DNA of 64,000 nucleotides, taken from Bryobacterales bacterium. Its GTDB lineage: Bacteria; Acidobacteriota; Terriglobia; Bryobacterales; Bryobacteraceae. Positions 8,780 through 19,112 of this stretch are shown here, piece after piece. The notes beneath the pieces were generated by a model, which was not told where the DNA came from, did not search any database, and saw nothing but the letters and a program-made list of their open reading frames with translations. A program made the position numbers and the translations under genes. Each line of letters opens with the position of its first letter. The first letter of the stretch is position 1. The stretch is taken from contig CAWFQW010000006.1 of assembly GCA_963818065.1 (NCBI GenBank), positions 204,139 to 268,138 of the forward strand, in the 5' to 3' direction.

Positions 8780-11534
8780 ATGGCAATCTCACCTCGGTTC
8801 GCGCTCTCTCCGCCTGATGACGAAGAGTCATCGACGAATTCTCGCGATTGCGTCTATTCCTTCGACCTGCACGGGAATCTGATCGAAATGAATGCCGCCT
8901 TCGCCGATATCACCGGCTACGATCGCGACGGAGCAGTTCCAGTGAGCCTCAGCCAACTGCTCGATCAGGAATCCTGGCAGCGGTCGCGCGAGCAGGCCCT
9001 CGCGTTGCTCGGAGGCAGCGGGACTCAGAATCTGGAGCTCACCGCCATCGCAAAAGACGGTCAGCCAATCCGGATGGAGGTCGTGCGACGCCTGTTGTTT
9101 GAGCGTGGCCGCCCGGTGGCGATTCAGGATTCCGGACATCTCCTCTACGACGCTGGGGAAGATTTCCCGAGCCCGCTGGGCGAGACCGGAGCGGAGTTGC
9201 CGCCCAGATCCGAGCAGGTGAACCGCTTCGCCGAGCAGTTGAAGCAATTGCACCGGCTCAGCACCACGCACTATGCCACGCTCGATGAGGCTTTTGAGGA
9301 CCACCTGCGGACCGGTTGCCGGCTGTTTGAGCTGCCCATCGGGTTGCTTCTGCAAGTGGATGGAAGCCACGGGCTGATTCAGGCATCGTACAGCGCTGGG
9401 GAGCTCGGTGCCTCGGAGTTCAAACCAGGCGGCACAATTCCGTTGTTGCGGGAAACCCTGCGCGCACACCATCGAAGGGCGGCTCAGGACCGTGACGATG
9501 TCGGCCAATGACACGCTGGAGCGGCCCGCGTTCGAGACGTACATCGGCACACCCGTGTGGCTGGGTGCGGAGCTGTTTTCAACGCTGAGCTTCTCATCCC
9601 CATACAACGGCGCCGCGCGCAGCTTCTCGTCGGCCGATCGAGAGCTGATCGAACTGATGGCCCGCAGCATCGGACGCGTGATTCTGGAGCACAGAATTCA
9701 ATCCGAGCGCGACCGGCTCCAGAGCCTGGAGAAAAACCGCAACTGCGTGCTCGAGATGGTGGCCGAGAACGAAAGCATCGAGGCGATCCTGGCGGAGGTC
9801 GCGCGTTTAGTGGAGGAGGAGCGCCCGGGAACGCTGTGCTCGTTACTGATTCTCAAGGATGAGGCGCTGGCATGGGCCTCGGCCCCCAGCTTCCCGCCGG
9901 AAGCCATCCGGATCTTCAAACCGTTCCGCGTGCTGCGAGGCACCGCTGCCCTGGCGACCGCCGAGGTGGCGCGTTCCACAGTGTTTTGGGAGGACGTTCG
10001 CACTTGTCCGTTCTGGGCCGAACGAGGGCACTTCGCCGCGCAGATGGGCATTGTATCGTGCCGCTCCACTCCCATTCTCTCGGCGGAGGGCGTTTTGCTC
10101 GGAATCCTGGCGCTGCACTATAAAGAGGGCCAGCCGCACGACTACAGCGACACCGAACTGCTGCAAGCGGCCGGCCGATTAGCGGCTCGCGCGCTCGAAC
10201 AGCGAGGCCTCAACGAACGCCTGGAGTTCCAGGCGCGGCATGACTCTCTCACCGGCCTTCCCAACCGCTCCTACTTCATGGAGCTCCTCAATGCCGCTTT
10301 GGAAGACGCGGGCGAGCGCTCGGGCTACCTGGCCGTGCTGTTCATCGATCTCGATCGCTTCAAACAGATCAACGATATCCTCGGCCATGCCATGGGTGAC
10401 CGGCTGTTGAGAGAAGTAGGCCAGCGCTTGAAGCGGCTGCTGACAGAAGACGATCTGGCGGGCCGCATGGGCGGCGACGAGTTCATCATCGTTCTCACGC
10501 GCCAGCCCGATGAAGAGGCCGCGGCGCTGGCATCGCGCGAGTTCCTGGTCGCACTGCGCGCGCCCCACCAGATTGAAGACAATGAGCTGTTCGTCACGGC
10601 TAGCATCGGCGTCGCCATTTATCCGCGGCATGGCAAAACCGTCGCCGAACTGCTGCGCAATGCGGACCTCGCGATGTATCACGCCAAGAACAGCGGCAAG
10701 AACGAAGTGGAGGTTTTCCGGGCCGAGGATCATGCTGCCAGCCTGGAGCGCCTGCGCCTGGAAAACGCTCTGCGGCGCGCGCTGGAACACCAGGAATTCG
10801 AGCTGCTGTATCAGCCCGTGGTCGGCATGAACGGGAAGGTGGAAGGCCTGGAGGCGCTGCTCACCTGGCGGCATCCCATCTACGGCACTATTTCGCCCAA
10901 GCAGTTCATCCCGATCGCCGAGGAAACCGGGCTGATCATCGACATCGGATCGTGGGTGATCCGCAGGGCCTGCCTCGAAGCCGCCAGTTGGCACAAAGCC
11001 GGGCACAGCGCTGCCCGCGTTTCAGTCAACGTATCGGCATTGCAGTTTGAACGGCGCGATTTCCTGGAAACCGTGGCCGACGCGCTGGCGTTGAGCAATC
11101 TGCCGCCCGGCCGCCTGGAGCTGGAGCTCACCGAAAGCTACATCATGAAGGATCTCCCGCAGGCCGCCGCGCGTTTCGCTCAGATTCGCAAGCTAGGCAT
11201 CAGCATCGCCATCGACGATTTCGGCACCGGATATTCGTCGCTCAGCTATTTGAGCAAGCTGCCGGTCGATTCCCTGAAAATCGACCAATCGTTCCTACGC
11301 AACCTGCAAGAGCCCGAAGGATCGCTGGCGGTGATCCAGAGCATCGTTCGAATGGCGCATAGCATGAACCTCACGGTAGTGGCCGAAGGAGTGGAGACAC
11401 GCGCGGAGTTGGATCTGGTGCGCGTGCTGGGCTGCGACAAGGTGCAGGGCCACGTGTATGGGCCGGCGCGGCGGCGCGAGGATGTGGAGGCGTTGCTGGC
11501 GGCGCACGATTCGCTGGGTCCGCTGGAGCCTTAG
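8780..11534 (+). pseudogene. PAS-GAF-GAF-GGDEF-EAL signalling protein (c-di-GMP turnover), one frameshift near 9457
   Basis: ORF 8780..9511 holds the PAS domain and the start of GAF. ORF 9408..11534 holds the rest of GAF, a second GAF, GGDEF (RMGGDEFII) and EAL (EALLTW...DDFGTGYSSL). The junction reads ...GGTIPLLRET/CAHTIEG once one nt is removed in gaaaCCCtgc. Confidence 0.8.
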
Positions 11535-11546
11535 TAGGGCGGTCCC

Positions 11547-11576
11547 CCTGGACCGCGGCCGACGCCCCCGTCGGCC
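11547..11576 (+). terminator. rho-independent terminator between convergent genes
   Basis: GGCCGACG-cccc-CGTCGGCC (8-bp stem) followed by tcattcttgt. A second G/C hairpin (GGACGaggGCGTCC region, about 11590-11625) serves the opposite strand. Confidence 0.55.
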
Positions 11577-11636
11577 TCATTCTTGTATGCCGGACGAGGG
11601 GTCCGGCGCGGACGAGGGCGTCCGCCCCACTCCGGG

Positions 11637-14021
11637 CTATTCCACGCGCAGCGACAGAAGTCCGGCCAGTTCCTTGAACTCCGCGCTCCACCGTGATTCG
11701 CCTGGATACACTTTCTGCAGTATTTCGTAGCAGCGATTCTGCACCTGCCACAAGATCAGCGGAAATGGCAGCGAGCGTGCCACCGCGACACTCTTGCGGA
11801 ACTTGGCCAGCCGCGGCAAATCTTTGGGATCCTCCAGAAAACTATCCGAGCCCTTTTCGATGTTACGGCGCAGCGTCATCTCCATGCCGGATTGATCCAA
11901 GTGGATTTGGGCGATCCGGATCTCTTCCAGTAGCCCTTGAATCACCGCCAGGTCGAGCTCCGGCGCCGCGAGCGCTTGCCGCAGCAAGGCGTTTAATGCC
12001 ACCTCCGCCGTGGCTTTCAGCTCACTTGGAATCGGCACGCCGCAATCGTTGAGGAAACGCAGGAGCGGAGCCTGATCCTCGTACATCTGCTGGTACACCG
12101 ACGAGGAATGTTCCACGGTGGATTCCAGCACTTCGGTGAGCACTTTGCGCTGTTCGTCGCGGAACAGATTCTTGACCGAATACATACGGCTGCCGAAGCC
12201 CTCGTCCAGGCAACGAATGGTGGCCGCCAGATCCGAACGGCTGAAAGCCTCGCGCGTCGATTTGCCGAGCTCGCGGTAAGCGTCCTCGCTGCCGAACAGC
12301 GCCACGCCTCCATGCAAATTGTGATCGCCGAAATGGAGCACGCCGAAAATCAGCATTTCGGAGTTCTGAGTGATTTCCGACGTGAAACGCGCCTTGCCAA
12401 AGGCCAGCCGCATCTTGCCTGAGCGCTTCAGCCGGTAGTCCTTGTTGTCCACCGAATAGGAATAAATGCGAGTGCTATCGGGGTAGCTCTCAAACAAGGA
12501 GCTCATGGCGTAGTGCGCGCCCAGCTTGAGTAGGTCCACGCGGGCCGGTTTGACGAACATTTCGTAGATGCGCGCGCCGTCGGCATGCCCCGGAAGGTTG
12601 CTCTTGGCCAGCGCGAGCTGCTGGACGAACCCCTCCTCGATCCCACCGCCGAATAGTTCGCCGGCCAGCTCCGCCACACGGCCGGCATATTGGATGACTT
12701 GCACCGTCTCGAGGCCCGAGAGCTCGTCGAAAAACCAGCCGCAGCTGGTGTACATCAGCATGGCGTGCCGCTGCATCTCGAGCAGCTTCCAGACATTGAC
12801 GCGGTCGCTCCGCTGGAGGTTCTTGCGCCGGAAATTAGCGGCCGCGAAGCGATCCTTGCTGGCGGGCGACCGGTCGAGTACTACGTGAATATAGTTGTTC
12901 CGCGCCGCCCATGGGTCTTTGAAGTAGCGCCTGGCCATTTTCTCATAGCGTGGCGCGATTTCGTCGCGCAACCAGTCCAACGCCGCACGCAAGGGAGCGC
13001 GCCATTCCTGGTTCCAGTCCGAATGGCCGCCGGAATTGCAGCCGCAGTTGACGGCCCATCGTCCCACGCCGTGTACACAGCTCCAGGCGGTGTTCTCCAG
13101 GATCTCCACATCCTGCGCGGGAGGATGCCGCTCGAGAAACTCGCCGTAATTGGTGACGTTCGCTAACCCGCTGGATTCGATGTGCTCGAGTGCATACGCC
13201 AGCGCCATGTCGCCAAACTCGTGATGGTGTCCGTAGGTCTCGCCATCGGTCGCGATGTGGGCCAGCTGTGGGCCTTCCCGCGCATCCGATAGCGCGTCCA
13301 ACAAACGGCTGGCGAAGCGCTCGCCATTGCTCAGCAAGCGTTCAAATGCGACCGCCTGCGAAACCGGCCCGTCATAAAAGAACAAGTCGATGGCATGCCC
13401 CGATGAAAGCTTCTGACGGTAACCGCGCGCTGGATCGATGCGTTGGCCCGTGACGTCGTTTCCGTCGACCGATTTCGCCTGCGATGGCGCGAGGATCGTG
13501 AACTTGATCCCATGTTGCGCCAGGAGGTCGAGCGTCTCCAGGTCGACTGCCGTTTCCGGAAGCCACATGCCTTCCGGGTCCCGACCGAAGCGAAAGCGAA
13601 AGTCTTCGACGCCCCAAATTACTTGGGTCAACTTGTCGCGCGCGTTCGCTAGCGGCATGATCATGTGGTTGTAGCATTGCGCGAGCGCCGAACCATGGCC
13701 CGAGAACCGCAGCGCGCTCACGCGGTCGGCCTCGAGAATCGACTGGTACGTGTCCGGCGACTTGTCCTTCATCCAGGACAACAAGGTCGGCCCGAAATTA
13801 AAACTGATGCTGGCGTAGTTGTTGACGATTTTCGCGATGCGGCTCTCGGCATCCAAGATCCGGGCAGCGCTGTTGGGGGCGTAGCATTCCGCCGTCACGC
13901 GCTCGTTCCAGTCGTGATACGGCTCGGCGGAGTCCTGGAGCTCGATCGCCTCCAGCCAGGGGTTTTCGCGCGGCGGCTGATAGAAATGGCCGTGGATGCA
14001 AAGATATCGGTTTTGGTTCAC
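11637..14021 (-). CDS. glycoside hydrolase family 57 protein with DUF3536-type C-terminal domain
   Basis: Intact 794-aa ORF. The N-terminus YLCIHGHFYQPPRENPW is the GH57 signature. Confidence 0.9.
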   Translation of the reverse strand: MNQNRYLCIHGHFYQPPRENPWLEAIELQDSAEPYHDWNERVTAECYAPNSAARILDAESRIAKIVNNYASISFNFGPTLLSWMKDKSPDTYQSILEADRVSALRFSGHGSALAQCYNHMIMPLANARDKLTQVIWGVEDFRFRFGRDPEGMWLPETAVDLETLDLLAQHGIKFTILAPSQAKSVDGNDVTGQRIDPARGYRQKLSSGHAIDLFFYDGPVSQAVAFERLLSNGERFASRLLDALSDAREGPQLAHIATDGETYGHHHEFGDMALAYALEHIESSGLANVTNYGEFLERHPPAQDVEILENTAWSCVHGVGRWAVNCGCNSGGHSDWNQEWRAPLRAALDWLRDEIAPRYEKMARRYFKDPWAARNNYIHVVLDRSPASKDRFAAANFRRKNLQRSDRVNVWKLLEMQRHAMLMYTSCGWFFDELSGLETVQVIQYAGRVAELAGELFGGGIEEGFVQQLALAKSNLPGHADGARIYEMFVKPARVDLLKLGAHYAMSSLFESYPDSTRIYSYSVDNKDYRLKRSGKMRLAFGKARFTSEITQNSEMLIFGVLHFGDHNLHGGVALFGSEDAYRELGKSTREAFSRSDLAATIRCLDEGFGSRMYSVKNLFRDEQRKVLTEVLESTVEHSSSVYQQMYEDQAPLLRFLNDCGVPIPSELKATAEVALNALLRQALAAPELDLAVIQGLLEEIRIAQIHLDQSGMEMTLRRNIEKGSDSFLEDPKDLPRLAKFRKSVAVARSLPFPLILWQVQNRCYEILQKVYPGESRWSAEFKELAGLLSLRVE

Positions 14022-14043
14022 TGCGTAGGCCCTGTGGAACGCC

Positions 14044-14397
14044 CTAGCGGTTGGGCTTCACCGTCACCGCGGTGCCGTAACATAGCACCTCGGTCACTCC
14101 TTGCATGATATCGGTTGCGTCGTAGCGAACTCCTATGATGGCGTTGGCGCCCATCTGCGCGGCATGTTCCGCCATGCGTTGAAAGGCGTGTGCACGCGTT
14201 TCTTCGCAGAGATTGGTGAACAGCGTGATGTCGCCACCGACCAGAGTCTGCAAACTGGCTCCCAAGGTTCCAAAAACCGAGCGGGAGCGGACGATGATGC
14301 CCCGAACGATTCCGAGATTCCGCTCAATGGCGTAGCCGTCCAGCGTGAAGGCTGTGGTCACCATGTAGTCGAGCACTGCGGGCGATTGTTCTTCCAT
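14044..14397 (-). CDS. YbjQ family protein (UPF0145)
   Basis: 117 aa. GIVRGIIVRSRS...GGDITLFTNLCEETRAHAF..M...A...GANAIIGVRYD is typical of YbjQ. Confidence 0.85.
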   Translation of the reverse strand: MEEQSPAVLDYMVTTAFTLDGYAIERNLGIVRGIIVRSRSVFGTLGASLQTLVGGDITLFTNLCEETRAHAFQRMAEHAAQMGANAIIGVRYDATDIMQGVTEVLCYGTAVTVKPNR

Positions 14398-14478
14398 CGC
14401 GATAAGTCTTGTATTCTAGCATTCGGGCACAGGCGGGTCGCCAAGGGCCGGGTGAGCTGGGGAATGCTGGCTAGCGGT

Positions 14479-14673
14479 TCATTTCTTCTCTAGTTTAGTG
14501 ACTCGGTCCGACAGTGCTTCCATCTCCAAATCGATCGCTCTCAGTGCCGCTGTATGGGTTCGTTGGCGTGCCTCGGACGGCGACGCCCATTTGTGGAACT
14601 CTGTGAGCAACGAAGTTTCCACTGTCCGGAGTTGCTCCGTTATCCAGTGCTTGTCCTCATCCGTCAAACTCAT
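14479..14673 (-). CDS. small coiled-coil hypothetical protein
   Basis: 64-aa ORF in a locally A+T-richer stretch, with heptad-like charged sequence. No family recognised. Confidence 0.4.
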   Translation of the reverse strand: MSLTDEDKHWITEQLRTVETSLLTEFHKWASPSEARQRTHTAALRAIDLEMEALSDRVTKLEKK

Positions 14674-14817
14674 CGGTACTCCTGTTTGATTTTGACACGT
14701 TTCGGGAGCTGCAGTTTATCAATGCGCAGCCGCAAGTTGCATAAGTAACGCTCCGTTTGGCTCAGGAGTAAAGGAGCTGGCTGTCGGATCAGCCGGGGGC
14801 CTAAAGGCCAAATTTGT

Positions 14818-15192
14818 TCATGTTGCCATCGGCAAGCGGGCGATTGTACCAATTGTACCGTCCATCGCTAGAAGTTGCAGTACAAACGAATCGACCCCTG
14901 CTGGTTCGATCGGCATACGAAGAGCCACAGATTCGACCTCGCCAAGCGCTTTGCACCCGTCACCTCGAAGCTTGATTTCGACGACCGCGTGACCTGACGA
15001 ATCCGAACAGTAGAAGCTCATCTTCACCCCGCCGTCGGCATGACTCGGATCAAACGTACCAAGGTCGACCTTACGGGTGTCGCTCACGTTAGATGGGAAT
15101 CCGCGCAAGGCATGGGCCAGCTCCGACAAGCCGTCGTGGCTCAGGTAGATTTCGGCCCAACCGGAGAAATGTCCATTCGAACAACTAAGCAC
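14818..15192 (-). CDS. hypothetical protein (orphan)
   Basis: 124-aa ORF with a GTG start. The frame stays open another 20 codons upstream with no start codon, so the gene may be 5'-truncated or frameshifted. No family recognised. Confidence 0.4.
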   Translation of the reverse strand: MLSCSNGHFSGWAEIYLSHDGLSELAHALRGFPSNVSDTRKVDLGTFDPSHADGGVKMSFYCSDSSGHAVVEIKLRGDGCKALGEVESVALRMPIEPAGVDSFVLQLLAMDGTIGTIARLPMAT

Positions 15193-15325
15193 GGCCTCGA
15201 TGAAGTCTTGGTAAAGCCAAATGACCTCGAAATTGATCCCGCTTTCAATCGCTCAGGCTAACAATTTCTGCTGCTCATCTTGTTGGAGTACAGCATCGGT
15301 TTTAGACTAAACGTGAGATAACCGT

Positions 15326-16672
15326 TTACGACAATTCCGATAGTTCCCTGAACTGTCCGTTACTATCGCCCAACTTGTCGACAGGCACGCCCAGTTTATT
15401 CAGCAAAGTCAGTTCCAGGTTGGCGAGCGGCGTGTGCTCCGGATAGACCAGGTGACGGCCGCCCTTCAGCGTCCCGCCGCCTCCACCCACCAGAAACGTC
15501 GGCAGCGGGCCGTGCGTGTGCCGATCGCTGTTACTGATGCCCGAGCCAAAAAGAAGGATCACGTGATCCAGCAGCGAGCCGTCGCCATCCGGGGTGTTGC
15601 GCAGCTTCTCGAGATATTCAGTAAAAAGAGCGATGTGATAGCGCTGAATCTTCGCGCATTTTGCCATCTTTTCCGGGTTGCCCTGGTGGTGTGTGATTGG
15701 ATGATGCCCCTCAGGCACGCCGATCTGGGGATATGGCCTGGCCGTCTGCTCGCGGCCGTACATAAATGTGATCACCCGGGTCAGGTCGGATTGATACGCC
15801 AGCAGTTGCAAGTCATACAACAACCGGACCTGGTCCTCGAACTTTTCCGGGATACCGGCGGGCTGAGGCACGTCGGGCAATTCTTTGGAGCTCTGTTCTT
15901 CAGCCTTCTGAATGCGCCGCTCCACGTCTCTGAGGGACGCGAGATAGTCGTTCATCTTGCTTTTGTCGGCTGCCCCGAGCTGGCGCTGCAGTTGATTCAC
16001 GCGATCGCTCACGGAATCGAGAAGGCTTTTGTCCTGGTTGAGGCGTGCCGCGCGAACGCGAGGGTCGGTGCTGTCGCTCGAACCGAACATCCGCTCAAAA
16101 AGCACCCGCGGATTATTTTCCGCCATCAGCGGCAAGGTTGGCGTCAGCCAGGAGAGCGTGCTGCTGTAGGCGCAGCTATAGCCTAAATCGCACGAACCCA
16201 GCAGGCTATTTTCATCCGCGGTCATTTGCAGCGAGGAAAGCTGAGTCTCGCGCTCAAATGCCTTGGCGGCGATCTGATCCATGGACACAGAATTCTCGAC
16301 ATTGCTGTCCGACTTCTTCACATGCACGCCCGTGAGGTAGGAGCCGCACGCGCGGGAGTGGTCGCCGCCGCCGTCACCGTTCGCCTCCGCCGTATCGCAG
16401 AACAGGCCCGTGATAACCGTCAGTTTATCCTTGAAGGGTTCGAGTCCTTTTAATGTAGGCGAGAGCTCAAAATCGGAACCGACGCCCGTCGGCAGCCATT
16501 GATCGTAGATGACACCGTTGGGATGGTAGACGACGCCGAATCGGCGTACAGGTTTCGTGGAAGCGGCCGGCGCGAACGCTGGAATCATCGAGTCGAGCAG
16601 AGGCAGCGCGACAATCGTACCCGCTGCTCGAAGGACAGTGCGGCGCGAGATGGCTTTCTTGGTTACGAACAT
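15326..16672 (-). CDS. DUF1552 domain-containing protein
   Basis: 448 aa. Tat-like N-terminus SRRTVLRAAGTIVALPLLDSM. The sequence is typical of DUF1552, and it is partnered with the upstream DUF1592-family gene. Confidence 0.9.
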   Translation of the reverse strand: MFVTKKAISRRTVLRAAGTIVALPLLDSMIPAFAPAASTKPVRRFGVVYHPNGVIYDQWLPTGVGSDFELSPTLKGLEPFKDKLTVITGLFCDTAEANGDGGGDHSRACGSYLTGVHVKKSDSNVENSVSMDQIAAKAFERETQLSSLQMTADENSLLGSCDLGYSCAYSSTLSWLTPTLPLMAENNPRVLFERMFGSSDSTDPRVRAARLNQDKSLLDSVSDRVNQLQRQLGAADKSKMNDYLASLRDVERRIQKAEEQSSKELPDVPQPAGIPEKFEDQVRLLYDLQLLAYQSDLTRVITFMYGREQTARPYPQIGVPEGHHPITHHQGNPEKMAKCAKIQRYHIALFTEYLEKLRNTPDGDGSLLDHVILLFGSGISNSDRHTHGPLPTFLVGGGGGTLKGGRHLVYPEHTPLANLELTLLNKLGVPVDKLGDSNGQFRELSELS

Positions 16673-16685
16673 CGTCCGATTTTCC

Positions 16686-19112
16686 TCACTTCCTGGCCGT
16701 AGTCACCGAGGCCGGCACTGGTCCCGCAATTTTCATCTGAAATGCCGGGCTCTTTACAATTCCCAGGATAACTGATGACCAACGGTAGTCATCCGCCGCC
16801 GCGGAGCGGTCAATCGCGCGGACCGTAGTAGCGTCGTAATATTCCAATCCACGGCCCAGAGCGTACGTCAGCAGTTTGCCGGTTACCGTTGTTACAAATT
16901 GCGTTTTCTGCGCCGCTAAAGCCTGCCGCAATTCCCGCGGACCATTGACCTTCGTGCCGTCCAGCAATACGCCGGAGGCGTCGATGGCGTGGCCTGCGTC
17001 TGTTGTGCGCCACTGCCCGATGGCATCGAAATTTTCCAGGCTCAATCCAAGCGGGTCCATGCGGGCGTGGCAGCCCGCGCAAGCCGGATTTGCACGGTGC
17101 ATCTCCAGCATTTGCCGGACGGATACAGGCTTGCCATCTTTATTGCTCAACTCGAGCGCAGGCACGTTGGCGGGAGGCGCCGGAGGCGGCGCACCCACCA
17201 TATTTTCGAGAAGCCATTTGCCCCGGATGGTCGGGGCGGTACGCGTTGCGTACGAAGTAACGGCCAGCACGCTGGCCTTGCCCAACAGTCCAAAGCGATT
17301 CTCATCCGTCAGTTTTACTGGCCGGAAATGGCTCCCATAGACACCAGGAATTCCGTAATGGCGAGCCAGTTGCTCGTTGAGAAATGTCTCGTTCGACGTC
17401 AATAGATCCGCCACGCTCGCGTTCTCTTTTACTTGAGCATCGAGAAACATCTCCGTCTCGGTGACGAACGCGGAACGGAGGTTGTCGTCGAACCAGGGGA
17501 ACTTTGTGCCGTCGGGATTCAGCAGCCAAACGTTGCGAGTCTCAAGCCAGTCCGAGAAGAAATTGTTGACTAGCGATGTACGCGCGCGCGGGTCGGCGAA
17601 CATACGCGCGACTTGTTGTTCGAGAATCGCCGGCTCATGCAATTTCCCTCGGATTGCCAAGTCCAGTAGCGTGTCGTCCGGAATGCTACTCCACAAAAAG
17701 AACGACAATCGCGAAGCTAGCTCGATATCTGAAACATGGTGCACAGCGCCGGGGGCCCCGGCTGCGGGATCGGCCTCAATGCGGAACAGAAAATCGGGGC
17801 TCACCAGCACGCGCTCGAGCGCGGCGCGAATTCCATCGTCGAAGGTTCCAGTCGATCGTGCGCGTTTGTAAAAACTAAGCAGGGTTTCGACGTCAGTGCC
17901 GTCGGCGGGACGGCGATAAGCACGCTGCGCCAGCCGTGACAAAATCTTGGTCGCGCAGGAAATCTCGTCGGCGGAGGCCTTTTCGCCTGAAATGGCCGGA
18001 TGGCACACAAAGACCAGCTGGCGGCTCGGCGAATCGACAGGCACCTGGCCCTTATATGGACCGCCGATGAGCAACGACGCAATGGCAATCGGGGAAGTTG
18101 GCGTGTCGGATGCGCGACTGAAAAGCGGAAGATGGTCCGGCCCTGGGCCCTCGGGTTCCACATCGTCCGTTTTGAGCATGGTCGCCATCACCTCGTGCGG
18201 ACCAGCCTTCACCGGCAATCGCACTTGCAGCGGCTCATCGCCCCCAGACTCAGAGTTCCTCGACGTTTTTTCGCCACCCAGCGTCAATTGCCAAACGCGC
18301 TTTCCATCCAGCCGGATTTCGAATTGAGTCGGAACGTTCAGGCCGCGGATTACTGTGTCCCAGGTCCGCTGCAGACGCAGCTTGATAACGTATTCCCCAT
18401 CCACTGGAAAATAATGTCGGGCTGCGACGCCGCCCTTGGACCCCAACGGAAAGTCTTCGCCCAGCCGGTCTGTCTGGCGAAGATAAGTCTGATCGTTCGC
18501 GCTGCCCTTCAACGCGCCATAGCGCACAAACGCCGGCGGGATTGTGGAATCACCCACGGCCCGGCGCGCGATGGCCGACGCCGCGGATACGTAGCGATCC
18601 AATAAGGCCGGTTGCATCGAAAGCGCCTCGGCATTGTTCTCGAACCCGAACGCCTGTTCATCGGGCGGCAGCATAGCCTGGGCGTCCACGTCCACCGCGA
18701 TCAGATCGCGCACGGCGTTGGCGTATTCGGCACGATTGAGCCGATGCAAGCTGGCGGCGCGGCCCGGGTTCACATGAGCCGCGGCGGCGCGGTCAATTTC
18801 GGATTCGAGGTAAGCGGCAACCGTATCGTAGGTAGCGTTATCCGGGCGCGAAAGTTTCGGGGGCGGCATAGCGCGACTGCGGAGCTTCACAATCACCTTT
18901 TCCCAAGTCTCTTGCGAGTTGTAAGGATTCTCCGCGTCGATTCGATCCAAGGCCAGGCCACCAGTCTTAAGCTTCGCGTTGTGACAAGAGACGCAATACT
19001 TGTTCACCAGTTCGCGCGCGGGATTCTCGGTGGCAGCGTTTGCCGCAATGGCGGAAATCGCGAAGCAAGCCAGGCCGAGGTAATGAATTTGCCTCACTGC
19101 TCCGCCCTGCAC
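16686..19112 (-). CDS. DUF1592/DUF1588/DUF1587/DUF1585/DUF1595-family protein with N-terminal cytochrome c motif
   Basis: 808-aa ORF. It carries CVSCHNAKLKTGGLALD and a C-terminal CAGCHARMDPLG. An alternative GTG start at 19097 forms a GTGA overlap with the stop of the upstream ankyrin gene. Confidence 0.9.
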   Translation of the reverse strand: MQGGAVRQIHYLGLACFAISAIAANAATENPARELVNKYCVSCHNAKLKTGGLALDRIDAENPYNSQETWEKVIVKLRSRAMPPPKLSRPDNATYDTVAAYLESEIDRAAAAHVNPGRAASLHRLNRAEYANAVRDLIAVDVDAQAMLPPDEQAFGFENNAEALSMQPALLDRYVSAASAIARRAVGDSTIPPAFVRYGALKGSANDQTYLRQTDRLGEDFPLGSKGGVAARHYFPVDGEYVIKLRLQRTWDTVIRGLNVPTQFEIRLDGKRVWQLTLGGEKTSRNSESGGDEPLQVRLPVKAGPHEVMATMLKTDDVEPEGPGPDHLPLFSRASDTPTSPIAIASLLIGGPYKGQVPVDSPSRQLVFVCHPAISGEKASADEISCATKILSRLAQRAYRRPADGTDVETLLSFYKRARSTGTFDDGIRAALERVLVSPDFLFRIEADPAAGAPGAVHHVSDIELASRLSFFLWSSIPDDTLLDLAIRGKLHEPAILEQQVARMFADPRARTSLVNNFFSDWLETRNVWLLNPDGTKFPWFDDNLRSAFVTETEMFLDAQVKENASVADLLTSNETFLNEQLARHYGIPGVYGSHFRPVKLTDENRFGLLGKASVLAVTSYATRTAPTIRGKWLLENMVGAPPPAPPANVPALELSNKDGKPVSVRQMLEMHRANPACAGCHARMDPLGLSLENFDAIGQWRTTDAGHAIDASGVLLDGTKVNGPRELRQALAAQKTQFVTTVTGKLLTYALGRGLEYYDATTVRAIDRSAAADDYRWSSVILGIVKSPAFQMKIAGPVPASVTTARK

